The position numbers were made by a program, and so were the translations under genes. Source: Octopus vulgaris (Eukaryota). Taken from it: a stretch of DNA of 64,000 bases. Shown here piece by piece: positions 12,301-24,683 of the stretch. Position 1 is the stretch's first letter; every line of letters begins with the position of its first letter. The notes beneath the pieces are model-generated. The model did not search any database, was not told the DNA's origin, and saw only the letters and a list, made by a program, of their open reading frames with translations. The stretch covers positions 39,494,001 to 39,558,000 of the forward strand of contig OX597830.1 in assembly GCA_951406725.2 (NCBI GenBank), read 5' to 3'.

Positions 12301-14564
12301 TTAAGATAATGAATCTCTCAAACAAAGAACTTACACCTAACGAAATAAGCATACTCTCCAAAGGACTTAAATTTACACCTACCCCACAACGTTCTAATTA
12401 CTATGAAATGAAAGATGATATTTCGGAATTTTGCAGAAAACTAAGACTCACCGAGGCATTTCAAGACAAACAAATAGAGGAGGACTCAATAGCTAGAAAC
12501 AAGAGCAATTACACCCCCACCAAGGGAAAGAATAAAGCCTTAGACCGCTATTGTGACTACATAACTAATTTCCCGTTTCAATTCATCAAGAAACAAAAAC
12601 ACAGCCCTAACTTCAACAAAAGAGAATGGAACGACCTCATCAAACTAAGAGAAGACAAAACAATAACAATTAAGGAGGCAGATAAGGGCAACGCGATAGT
12701 AATAATGAATACAAACGATTATAAAAATTTAGTGCTATCCCTATTAAGAGATGAAACGTATTATGAAAGGGCCCAACAGTATAATCAGCAAAAAATAATG
12801 CATAACCTTAGGACATTAATCAACACATACCAAGAAGGACTCACGAACAAGGAGTATGAATACATCACTAACTTCAAATGCAAATCGAGTTTGTTCTATG
12901 GTATCCCTAAGGTACACAAAAGCCAAATAATTAGAGAAATGTGCAAAACATCCACCGACATACTCATCAAAATCCCTTCACCAAATGATCTCAAACTAAG
13001 ACCGATAATAGCAGGGCCAGCATGTGAAACTCACCGCCTCAGCAATTTCTTAGACACACTTCTTAAACCTTTCCTAAAACACATCAAAAGCTACGTAAGA
13101 GACGATATAGATATGCTCAACCACCTCCCTAAAACAGTCAATGAGAAAACCCTTCTAGTATCATTCGACGTAGTTAATCTTTATTCTAACATCCCTCACA
13201 ACCTAGGAATAGAAGCGATCACCTTCTGGCTGAATAACTACCCCTTTGAACTCCCAACTCGCATAAACAAAGACCTTATAATAGAAGGACTTAGATTTAT
13301 TTTAGAGAACAATTATTTTATTTTTGACAATGATTTCTACAGACAAAGATCGGGAACAGCGATGGGCACGCGTACTGCACCATCTTTTGCCAACCTAGTG
13401 ATGGGATACCTCGAGAAAATACTCTACCGGATAACACTCGAGAAATATGGAAACACCTTCGCCACCTATATCCATAACAACTGGAAAAGATACCTCGATG
13501 ACTGTTTCATCATCTGAGACAAAGGTATAGAGAAACTTGAGGAATTTAAAATACTATTAAATGGAATAAACGACAATATACAATTCATGATGGATCACAA
13601 CGAAAAAGAATTACCATTTTTAGACATCCTCATTAAGAAAACCGGCAACAAAATAGAGACAGATATCTACTATAAACTGACAGACTCCAAACAGTACCTA
13701 CCCTTTGATTCATGCCACCCACGACACACTAGAATGAATGTCCCTTTTTGTTTAGCTAGAAGGATTTGCACCATAATATCAGACACAAACACCCGACACA
13801 CACGTCTCCAGGAACTTAGAACCACACTCACAAATAGAAACTATCCACAGCCCCTAATAGACAGTGCAATCCAACGGGTACTTAAATTAAGTATAGAAGA
13901 CCTGAGACAAACAAAACCAAAAAAGAAAGAACAATTAAAAACCCTTCCCTACATCTCTACACACAACCCACTCAACAATGAGGCCTTCAACACCATACTA
14001 CAAAGCACAGCCCTACTAAAGGGAGACCCAAAGATGAACCGGATCCTCGAAACACACACCATCATTAAAAGTAAACGGCAACCAAAATCCTTGAAAAGGA
14101 TTTTAACCCAAGCTACACTGCACTCAACATCAACCACAAAACCAGCAGTTAGAAAATGTGGAAGGCCCAACTGCGGAATCTGTGTCATCTTGAAAGAAGG
14201 ATCAGAATTTATACTGGAACAAGGCCACCAGTTCACCATTAGAACAAACTTCACCTGCGCATCAGAAAACTTAATTTACGTCATAACATGCGCAGGCTGC
14301 AATAGGCAGTATATAGGCCATACAAAAAATAGCTTACGTAACAGAATGGCGGTGCATAAATCACAAATTAGAAACCCTGATTACCGGAAAATACCGGTCA
14401 GCGGACACATAGATAGATGTGCTGGAAATGTAAATCCGAAATTTACAACTAACCCGCACTATAAATTCAGTGACAACGCAACCTTCACGCAACGCCAAAA
14501 TAAAGAACTGTATTTCATAAAAAAATTTAGACCAAGTTTAAACACCCTGGGCCAGGAATATTAA
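12267..14564 (+). pseudogene. PLE ORF2: reverse transcriptase + GIY-YIG endonuclease, one in-frame TGA
   Basis: ORFs 12267-13517 and 13587-14564 are in the same frame, separated only by TGA 13515-13517 in YLDDCFII*D (Trp expected). C-terminal LIYVITCAGCNRQYIG…RMAVH…KE…PSLN is a GIY-YIG domain. Confidence 0.93.
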
Positions 14565-14754
14565 AACAAAAGATAGGTCCTCCGAAAAGGAGAAGCAAAA
14601 TTCCACCACGGCCGCTACCTTAAACAGTCACTCGCACTGACGGAAATATGCCTTAGGAAAAAAGGAAAAAAAAACTTATAAAAGATCTCTTCGTACAAAT
14701 CTAACCCTGATGGACTGACCACATACGATACAGCTAAGGGTCAGACCCGATTCT

Positions 14755-15033
14755 GATTGGTCAACACGTTGATGACGTCTAGTTCTGCTAGACTGGACAG
14801 GATACAGACAAGGGGCAGAGATTAGTCAGAATATTGATGACGTCCTTTTCTGCTTGACTAGTCACCTAACAGGATACAGACAAGAGGCAGTTATAATACA
14901 GCGATAGGTCACGATTGGTCAGAATGTTGATGACGTCCCGTTCTGCTTGACTAAGCCACCTAACGAAACGATTGGTCAAAACGTTGATGACGTCACGTTA
15001 CGCTGGACTGACCACCTAACAGGTGTTATAAAA
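14755..15033 (+). promoter_or_regulatory. Putative PLE internal promoter: 4 tandem (ATTGG + TGACGTC) modules followed by TATAAAA
   Basis: GATT(G/A)GTC at 14755, 14820, 14913, 14970, each followed 16 nt later by GATGACGTC (14771, 14836, 14929, 14986); TATAAAA at 15027-15033. Confidence 0.65.
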
Positions 15034-15185
15034 CCCGAACAATTCACAAGATTCGCCAGAATCATCCAGCGAACACCAACCATAAGTCATCACAGTTGCT
15101 CAAGGTAAAAATGAATTCCCCGCTCTTTCAGGAACATCAATTTTTTATATTGACTGCATTCCACCACTTTGATCTATTTTTTATA

Positions 15186-15464
15186 TTGAATGCATATCAC
15201 CACCACGAACCACTGCATCATACACTTTAAACATATAGCATGAACGAACTCACTTCAAACTATATATGAACTTTATGATGTCTGACTCCATTGTGTATTA
15301 TAAATGAATTTCTTATATTTGATAGCATGAACTATCTTTTTTTATATATAACTTTTTTTGATAAGGTTCATTTCAGGAACTGAAACATGTTATAATGTAT
15401 ATATAAAAGTTAAAAATTGTACAATATAGCAGCATTTTCGAACTTCATTTTTTACAAATATATA
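15186..15464 (+). repeat. 3' pseudo-LTR segment of the PLE
   Basis: Direct repeat of 10560-10838, running straight into (TA)n. Confidence 0.93.
15341..15412 (+). ncRNA. Minimal type-I hammerhead ribozyme, U3:A8 variant, in 3' pLTR
   Basis: Same core: TTGATAA 15358-15364, GAAACATGTT 15382-15391. Confidence 0.65.
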
Positions 15465-16349
15465 TATATATATATATATATATGAGTCACATCTTTAAAA
15501 AGGTTTTTCAATGTCAACTTCCGGTATTGACATAGCAAGGGCAACATTTTCTGTTTTCATTTGTGAATCCTCTCACTCTCTATTTTAATGTTTTCATTTC
15601 AAGTTTTAATTCACTATTTGCAAACAACTATGATAAATTACTGAAAGAAATATTTACTAAGCAAGTGAGAATTTTTATAAAGTGAAGTTTTCAAGAGAAT
15701 TTATTTTCTGAACTTCCTTTCATTATTGAATATTTCAAGTTTGCAAGTTTAAATATTCGGTACAAGATAGCTTTTAACGAGCTTTCATTTATATGATTTT
15801 TTTGATTTCATGTTTATTTCACTCATTGTTTTCAATGTTCTCTCCCCATTCTCTCTCTCTCTCTCATGCACACACACTGTCTCTCTAATATAAACATCCA
15901 CACTGTTTCTGTGATATAAACACATACACACACACCAGGTTTGATTTCGTTATTACACAAATATCATATTAGAATTTTGCAATTCAACATGGGGTGTCCA
16001 AAAAAATATGGGCATTCTTTCACTTGAACCCACACACTTCGTTAATTTCCATAAAAATTTTTTACTCATTTACTTTTTGCATGCCATGTTCAGCTCTATG
16101 CATTTGTCATCAGTTACACATGCACACATGTGTTTTTGTATGTATGTTTGTATACATTTATATATGTGTGTGTGTTTGTGTGCATGTGTGTGAGAGAGAG
16201 AGAGTGGGTGAAAGGGTGTGTTGTCATGTATACATACATACATACATAAATACATATACATACATCTTTTTTGTATATATGTGTGTGCGTGTGTGTCAGA
16301 CAAAGAGAGAGAGAGAAAGAAAGTGATGTCTAAGTGGCACACACACACA

Positions 16350-16384
<35 letters not shown>

Positions 16385-16745
16385 ACTCTCTCTCTCTCTC
16401 TCTCACATCCATTTAATATACATCTACATACATCTTTCACTTTCTCCTCTCACTTTGAAACAAAAGTAAATAAATAAGAATTTTTACGGAAATTAACGAA
16501 CAAAACCAGTTGTTCATTTTGACATTTCTGTGGGTTCAACCAAAACAATGCCAAAATATGCAACTGAATAAAGACATTTAGCAGCAAAGGCATGACAGTA
16601 GACAATATCATAAAAATTACCAGAATTAGGAATCAAATGTGAAAACATTACATAATGGCTAGCAGAAAACAGCTTGGCAGGAAGGCAAACAGTACTAGGA
16701 TTCTTAAGTGGTTTTTAACTGACCATACATAGTTATGATTTATTA

Positions 16746-16797
<52 letters not shown>

Positions 16798-17085
16798 TAT
16801 ACATAATGAATCTACACCTAGATAGGATGTTAATTTATTACAGGTAATCATTTCTTACTTATTTGGTATTTATTTTTGGCAGCTAGAATTGAAGTATGCC
16901 ATGTAGAACTAAAAATGTACTTCCTGAAATACACAGCTGACAACTTGAAAAGGATTTGAACAAGCACCAACACCTACAAGTCATTTCACTTCAATTACAT
17001 TGCACCAGGCTTAAGATCTTAAGCTATATATTTGTGTGTATGCATATATACACATACATATATATATATAATAATATATGTCTTT

Positions 17086-17184
<99 letters not shown>

Positions 17185-18559
17185 CAGACACGTGTGTGTG
17201 TATGCATGAATGTATACATACATATACACAAACATCTGCGCACACATAAGTATATCAGTAATAATTGATGCTATTTATCAGAATTACCATTCTTGGTTTC
17301 AACAATAAATACCTCACTAGGTTTCCAGAAGCAATAAATTGAAAAAAAGAAGATATTTTTTTTGTAAGTATTATTTTTATTATAATTATCTTTCTTAAGC
17401 TAATACAAGATTCTAATCAATGTACATGAGAAATAGAAGTAATTAGCAAATTTCTTGCTTGTAGACAATGACAGCAACAAAAACAACAGTACAAACCTCA
17501 GCAGACCATCTAACGTTTATCTGAAATAGCCACAGGTGGGTGTATAGTTTGTGACTATCACCTAATCATATATTGTCTCTACCAGGCATCTCATTAAACA
17601 AACACAACAGACTGGAAATATAACCAAATTACACAAATGAAGGAATCACAGAGAAATTGGATGATGTCTCAGTGATAAAGCCATTCATTCAGTCATTCGT
17701 TTATTTCTTGTAATGTAAAGCCAACAGGTTTAATAATGCTGTGCTGGTTGAGTGAGTGAGTAACATACCAGTTCTACCTTAAATAAATAATTGCAATTTC
17801 GTGTCTTCAACATTGAAGTAGAGGCAAAATGACTGAGTGCATATGAAGGCCCAGTGGTCAGGATGTATGCACAAGTGACACATCATCACCATCATCATCA
17901 TCATCATCATTGTCGTTTAACATCCGTTTTCCATGCTAGCATGGGTTGGATGGTTCGACCAGGGTCTGGGAAGCCAGGAGACTGCGCCAGGCTCCAGTCT
18001 GATCTGGCAGTGTTTCTACAGCTGGATGCCCTTCCTAACGCCAACCACCCCATTAGTGGAGTGGGTGCTTTTTGCGTACTTTTACAATGGCCATAAAGTT
18101 CAGGAACCACTAACAAACATCATGATCATGAATTCAATTCTTGTTAGTGTTAGTGCTGCGATGCCCTTGGATAAGGCACATATTCTTAGTTTTTTTTATA
18201 ATCCATGGTTTTATAATCAGTGGTTAGCAGTAAACAGAACATGCAGTTACCCAAGCAATGGATGCAAAGCAATTTTTTCTTTTTGTTTGGTATTAAACTA
18301 CCAGCTCGCAGGCTACATCATTATTCATCATCATTTTATGTCTCTTTTACTTGTTTCAGTCATTTGACTGCAGCCATGCTGGAGCACCGCCTTTAGTCGA
18401 GCAAATTGACCCCAGGACTTATTCTTTGGAAGCCTAGTACTTATTCTATCGGTCTATTTTTGCCAAACCACTAAGTTACGGGGACGTAAACACACAAGCA
18501 TTGCTTGTCAAACGATGTTGGGGAGCCAAATAGACACACAAACATATACACACACATAC

Positions 18560-18604
<45 letters not shown>

Positions 18605-18966
18605 TATATATACAATGGGCTCCTTTCAGTTTCCGTCTACCAAATCCACTCGCAAGGCTTTGGTCAGCCTGGGGCTATAGTAGAAGACACTTGCCCAAGG
18701 TGCCAAGCTGTGGGAATCAACCCAGAACTATGTCGTTCGAAAGCAAGCTACTTACCACACAGCCACTCCTTTATGCTGCTGACATGAGTAGAACAGTTTG
18801 ATAGGATTCACTAAATCAAAGGACCGTGTTTTGCTTCATTTTTGGCATGGTTTCTAAGGTTGAGTGCCCTTCCAAATACCAACCACTTTACAGAGTGTAC
18901 TGGGTGCATTTTTCTTTTTTTTTTGTGGCACCAGCATTATTGAGGTTGTCTTGGCATCATTTAGAC

Positions 18967-19607
18967 CAGTGGTTATCAACCAGGATCCATATGAACCCTG
19001 AGGGTCCACATAAGGTTTTTGAGGTGTCCATGTCAGCAAAACAGCAAATTGGGAACTCACGGTAGTATATTAAGAGTCAATGAAAAAATGTTGCCTTTGA
19101 TGTATAAATTGCAAGAAACAGCTAGATTTCTTCTTTAATGCTTTACTAGGCTCAACAAGTGAATATGTGTGACAAACAAAATAAGAATTTTTAAAGAAGT
19201 TAGTTAGTTAGTTAATTTGGCTCAAAAGCAAATAGCAAGGCCATGTAGGGGGACATGGAGTTAAGTACAGGGTGGTGTTCATGTAAAGAGTTCAGGCCAC
19301 TTGAGGTCCAGGGAGGCTTTGAACAAAGCGGTCGTCGGCATCTTCACCATCTCGTCTGGCAGCTTGTTCCACGGATCCGCAACCCGGACGGAGAAAGCTC
19401 CTCTCCTTCGATTGAGATGAAATCGTCGCAGGTAGAGCTTTTCGGAATGACCCCGCAGCTGACGCTCCGGAGCAGGAGTGAAGAACAGCTCTTTCGAGAG
19501 TATCTATAAAACTAGTTTTAAGACACTGAAGGGCTATGGGGGTCCACCAGAGTAAAATAGTAATCAAAGGGGCTCACCAACAAAGTTAAAAATTTTGAAA
19601 ACCACTG
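18967..19607. mobile_element. hAT-type MITE with nested LINE fragment
   Basis: Termini CAGTGGTTATCAA / TTGAAAACCACTG; 8-bp TSD atttagac/atttaggc. Confidence 0.8.
19199..19501 (-). mobile_element. Young 5'-truncated CR1-like LINE 3' end
   Basis: Minus strand LRGHSEKLYLRRFHLNRRRGAFSVRVADPWNKLP…FKASLD; (TAAC)n tail; GC- and CpG-rich relative to its flanks. Confidence 0.85.
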
Positions 19608-21060
19608 ATTTAGGCCATAGAGCCATCTCAAACTCTGCATTGTCACAATTCATCAATTACCAATCACTGACAGAGGATAACAGGGGCTTTTTGTGACACC
19701 TGTGCTGTGGGGATGCCTTCCAGCTTACGAAATGAAAGGGAGCTCCTATGATGAATGGGAAAACTAAAGAAAAGTAATATGGTTATGTACCAAAAGAAAA
19801 TCTAGAGAGTAATTCTTTAAACAGGACTCTCTTTTTTTTTTGTTGTTTGATTGTATGTTTATCTTTGCTAATTTTGAAACACAAACTTGAATTTGATTCA
19901 GAATCAAGCTGCATCATTTTAACCCTTTAGTATTTAGATTATTTTGCCAAATGTAACACTTATTTATTCATACTGTTTTGAATTAATAATGCATTATCCT
20001 GTAGCTTTAAGATTTTGATGACTGATTGTTTATTTTTAGAATGACATTGTAGGATAGGTATGAGAGATCAGATCTAGCAAGTTTGAACATAAACACAGAT
20101 AGAATATATGGGCTGGATATGGCCAGTTTAAATGCTAAAGAGTTAGTGATTCATTTCTCATACTGGTACACATCTACCTGCTACAATGTTCATCTGTCTT
20201 GGACCTCTATCAACAACCTTAATTGATAAAGATTGATCTCACAAATCATCTTCAGTTGTTGCCTTATTTTTTTTGTTACTAGAATAAGTGATAAAATTTT
20301 GATGTGTGTTTATTTTCATCTCTCAAGGCATAAATTATTTAATATCACATCTTTCAGAAATTCATTTAAAACTAGAGATATAGAATGAATAAAACATCAA
20401 CAATGTAACATATATATTTATTTGTAAAACTGTATAACAAAAACAAAAAAAAATGAAACTGTTTTAAAATGAAAAGAAGTGATTTATAAGCTATTCAAAA
20501 CGTTCAGAAGAAATTATTTTGAAATTCAAATTTCACTAACAAATAACCAGTTTCCATTTCCATAAAGTAAACACTCAAACATAAATTTGGCTGCAATAGT
20601 TTTTTTGTTTTTTGGTTTTTTTTTAAACTTGACACAAAATTCCAACAAGCACTTTATTTGGCAGTTTGATATAGATAACTTTTTAAACATTTTTTGAGGA
20701 AATAAACAGTGAGTACATGGAGACATGAAGACAATGTTAACTTAATGTAGATCAAAGACTGAACTTAGTCGTTGGATATTTTGTTTTTTGTTTTTTTTTA
20801 TTGTGTTTCTGTTCTTTCAGTTCACCTGTAAGAATTACCAATTTCTAATTTTATTCATTTTAATTTGAGTTTCTTTCAATCTGATTCACTAATGAAAGTA
20901 GTCAGATCATGTAGCAGGTACCGAATTGATGTACCAGCTTGTAGTTCAAACCTTTAGCATCATAGCTATTTGCAACACAAACTTCAGTGAGGGGAAATTA
21001 CCAGCAACAGGCTTTCACTTTAAAAAAGGGGGATACGATTACTCCTGTATTCATTAAACA

Positions 21061-21286
21061 TTAAACCTTTAGCATTTAAACCAGCCATATCCAGCCAAAA
21101 TATTCTACCTGCTTCATGCTCAAACTAGTTGGATCTGGCCTCTCACACCAACCCTGTAATGTCATCCTCAATTAAACAATCACATCATAAAAATCTCAAA
21201 GCTATGAGATAATGCAGGATTAATACAAAACAAATGAATAAACAAGCATGACATTTGACAGAATAATCTGGATGCGAAAGGGTTAA
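21061..21286. mobile_element. piggyBac-like MITE family (TTAA-CCCT…AGGG-TTAA); related copies at ~19919-20145, 52450-52626, 55410-56392
   Basis: Shared internal sequence and inverted ends ttaaccctttagcatt / aatgctaaagggttaa. Confidence 0.7.
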
Positions 21287-23182
21287 ATGAGAAAGTGAAG
21301 ATTAGGAATGGATCTAAAAGACCTTTCAAGATCCCTGAAAGGAGTACTTTTATTCTTTGAGTTTTCTTTCATGAAGCTAGACTGTAAACTTTCAAGGGAG
21401 TTCTTGGTGGATTCTTTTTTCTTTTTAATTCCTACCCTAATCTGCCCCAGGATATTTGGAGATAAGTAATGAAATTTTGGAAGGAAGGTGACCTAAAATT
21501 TTCCCAGCTGCCACTAGACTAGTTTGAGCATTGGAGCTGATATCCAGTTTGAATATCAGTAAGCTAAAACCTGTTGAGAGAACCATGGGTGTAGAATAAA
21601 TTCAAGTGTGTAGCTAACCTTGGGGTAGTGTTTAGTAAAGACCAAGTTCAAAAGTGAAGCACTAGAGAGGTGACAAGAGAAGAAGAGTGATATGGGCCAA
21701 GTGAAACACAGACAAATAAGCAAAAAAGTAAAGGAATGCCAAGTTCTTCTGGAAATTAGTATGTGAAACTATACTGTTATACTTTTACTTGTTTCAGCCA
21801 TTTTGACTGCAGCCATGCTGGAGCACCACCTTTACTCGAGCAAATCGACCCCATGACTTATTCTTTGTAAGCCTAGTACTTATTCTATCGGTCTCTTTTG
21901 CTGAACTGCTAAGTTACGGGGACGTAAACATACCAGTATCGGTTGTCAAGCGATGTTGGGGCAACAAACACAGACACACAAACATATACACACACATACA
22001 TTTGTATATATACATATATATGACGGGCTTCTTTTAGTTTCCGTCTACCAAATCCACTCACAAGGCTTTGGTCGGCCCGAGGCTATAGTAGGAGACACTT
22101 GCCCAAGGTGCCACGCAGTGGGACTGAACCCAGAACCATGTGGTTGGTAAGCAAGCTACTTACCACACAGCCACTCCTGCGCCTTGTTGTTGATTCCTAA
22201 ATTCCTAGGGTTTCATTTCTTAGATAAAAAAAAACAGACACAACTCAATGAAATGGAGCAAAAAAAAAAACAGAAAGAAACCAATACAGGATAAAAGAAA
22301 ATAAGCAAAACAAAACGTAAAAAAATAAGACAAAGGCATAACAAAAGTCACAACAAAAAAGAGAAAATTTGCAACAGTTTAAGCAGAATAGTAATGGCAA
22401 TCAATCTCACAGATCTTAGAGATAATGCCATAGACACAGCCCTTTCATCTCGATTAAAACTTTCATTACCATATTTCTTTTGAAATAAAATGCTTTCATT
22501 TCAAATTAATTTTGAAAATAATTAAGAATTTAGTAAATTAAATTTGTCATTATTCAGCTGGAGTTTTGAACATAAATTAACATGAAATTTTGATGGAAGG
22601 ATTTAATTTAAATCACTTAAAAACAGGAAATTTATGGGATAAAACCAAGGTGGTCTTAGGCGGCGAGCTGGCAGAAACGTTAGCATGCCAGACGAAATGC
22701 TAAGCGGTGTTTCGTCTGCTGTTACATTCTGAGTTCAAATTCCACCGAGGTCGACTTTGCCTTTCATCCTTTCGGGATCAATTAAATAAGTACCAGTTAC
22801 ACACTGGAGTCGATATAATCGACTTAATCCGTTTGTCTGTCCTTGTTTGTCCTCTCTGTGTTTAGCCCCTTGTGGGTAGTAAAGAAATGGGTCTTAGGCA
22901 GGTTGGTACGGAAGGGTTAAAGCAATAATAATGACAAGAAAAAATTTGGATAATGTAAGGTTTAGTTACAGGATGTCTGAAAAAATATAGCAAAAATGAA
23001 GAAAAGATGTGTTGGGCATGGCTTGTACACTTCTGATCATAGGTCTCATCTAGGATGAGACAACAGACAATAGACCAGATAGAATGGTTTACAAATACAA
23101 GAGAGATGTGATGCATAGAGATGAACAGAAAAGCAAAATTAATGGAAAATAAAAGTATATATTTTAACCAACGCAACACAAA

Positions 23183-23238
<56 letters not shown>

Positions 23239-23334
23239 CCTTTCGTCTTCCCGTTTACTTTATCATCATTACTATTCAGCTGCTCCACTCCATGAAACAA
23301 CCCTTATTCCTCCACTTACTCCTAGCTTCAACAG

Positions 23335-23499
23335 TGATGGTGGTGGTGGTGGTGGTGGTGGTGGTGGTGGTGGTGGTGGTGGTGGTGGTGGTGGTGGTGG
23401 TGGCAGTGGTGATGAGGATGATGATGATAACAACGATGATGGTGATGGTGGTGGTAGAGGTGGCAGTGATGATGATGATGATGGTGATGGTGAGGGCAT

Positions 23500-23533
<34 letters not shown>

Positions 23534-23650
23534 GGTGGTGGTGGTGGTGGAGGTGGTGATGGTGGTGGTGGTGGTGGTGGTGGTAGTGGCAGTGGTGATG
23601 ATGATGATGATTAATGACAGTGACGATGACAATGCCAACAATGATGAGAG
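23335..23650. repeat. (GGT)n/(GAT)n compound microsatellite
   Basis: Read directly from the sequence. Confidence 0.95.
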
Positions 23651-23786
23651 TGGTCATGTTTCAGATTTACACGGGAGGTTAGCATCTACCAGACAGAAAC
23701 ACATTGGACTAAAGCAACGCTTCAAAGATGTTCTGAAATTTTTTTTATTCTTTTAAATTTGACCATGTAGTAGCTATTCAGTATCT

Positions 23787-23902
23787 TTCCCCAAGACACC
23801 TCATGAAGGCTGGAGGGTATATCAGCCAAAATGTTAACAACGGAGAAATATCCATCAAATGTAAATAATGTACATAATTCCTCATCTCTTAAATATAGAA
23901 CT
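23787..23902 (+). mobile_element. Third copy of the hammerhead-containing repeat body
   Basis: gacacctcatgaaggctggagggtatatcagccaaaatgtt…aaatatccatcaaatgtaaataatgtaca matches the 47.2-kb copy. Confidence 0.7.
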
Positions 23903-24632
23903 CTATTATCTTACTGTATATTTTTAATTCTGCATCCAACAAATCAAGTATTGATCTCTGAGATGATTTTAGCCATTTCTTCCAGAATCATTTTTCCAAC
24001 TCTGCCACAACAAATTTGAGTCCCATTGTACTCGATAATACCATTCATGTTCCATTATATTTCTAGAATAACCATTAAATAATGGACAGGAGAGATAATG
24101 TAAAACAGCGGGAAGAAAAAAAGTTCATGAAAAGATAAAAATGCTCTTTGAGTAGTAGAAATATTCCATAGGCAAGACATAAGATTCTTCCTTGTGTTAA
24201 TATATTGGCAATACAGTAATAACAGTATCAAGATCATGAATATGAGATACAATGTTCAGCAGAAGTATTTGAATGTAAAGGAAGTAAATACTTGGCACCC
24301 AAAAATTTCATACATCAAGCACCACGACGATGACAACAATGGCGACGACGACCGCGGTGGCAGCGGCGGCGACCACCACCACCACCATCATCATTTTGAC
24401 ATCAACTTTTTCATGTCTGCATTGGTCAGACAAAATTCAATGAGGAAAATTTTTCTATGGTCGGATGCTCTACCTGTTGCCAAACCTCACCTGCTTGTAA
24501 GCAAGGTGTAGTATTTCCACTAGTCCTTCAAACATGGAAGCTTGCAAACAAACAACACTGCATGTACAATGGTGAGATTGCTTACGATTAGTGCACAATG
24601 TCCAAACAAGGAAACACAAAAAACTCACTCGT

Positions 24633-24683
<51 letters not shown>

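Larger units (their letters stand above)
10560..15464 (+). mobile_element. Penelope-like retroelement (EN+ PLE, Neptune-like), near full length, inserted in a (TA)n tract
   Basis: RT with PLE motifs (DKG, LRPII, SFDVVNLYSNIP, GTAMG, YLDD), Cys-rich linker CGRPNCGIC and a GIY-YIG endonuclease. Direct terminal repeats; (TA)n on both flanks (10519-10560, 15459-15483). Confidence 0.95.

Noticed and set aside
13515-13517. In-frame TGA in the PLE RT as a possible selenocysteine codon (Naiad PLEs encode selenoproteins)
   Set aside because: It falls at the position normally Trp after YxDDxFII (TGG>TGA, one transition), not at a Cys position. I see no convincing SECIS, and ORF1 also carries decay lesions. 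A nonsense mutation is most likely; the family consensus would settle it.
10560-15464. LTR retrotransposon interpretation of the direct repeats
   Set aside because: No TG…CA ends, PBS/PPT, protease, RNase H or integrase; the RT and GIY-YIG are of PLE type.
16005-16560. Inverted matches (ttcgttaatttcc.taaaaatt) around a microsatellite block
   Set aside because: Possibly an old MITE, but termini and TSD cannot be defined.
23121-23756. Poly-V/H/T/P ORFs
   Set aside because: A (GGT)/(GAT) microsatellite, open in most frames.
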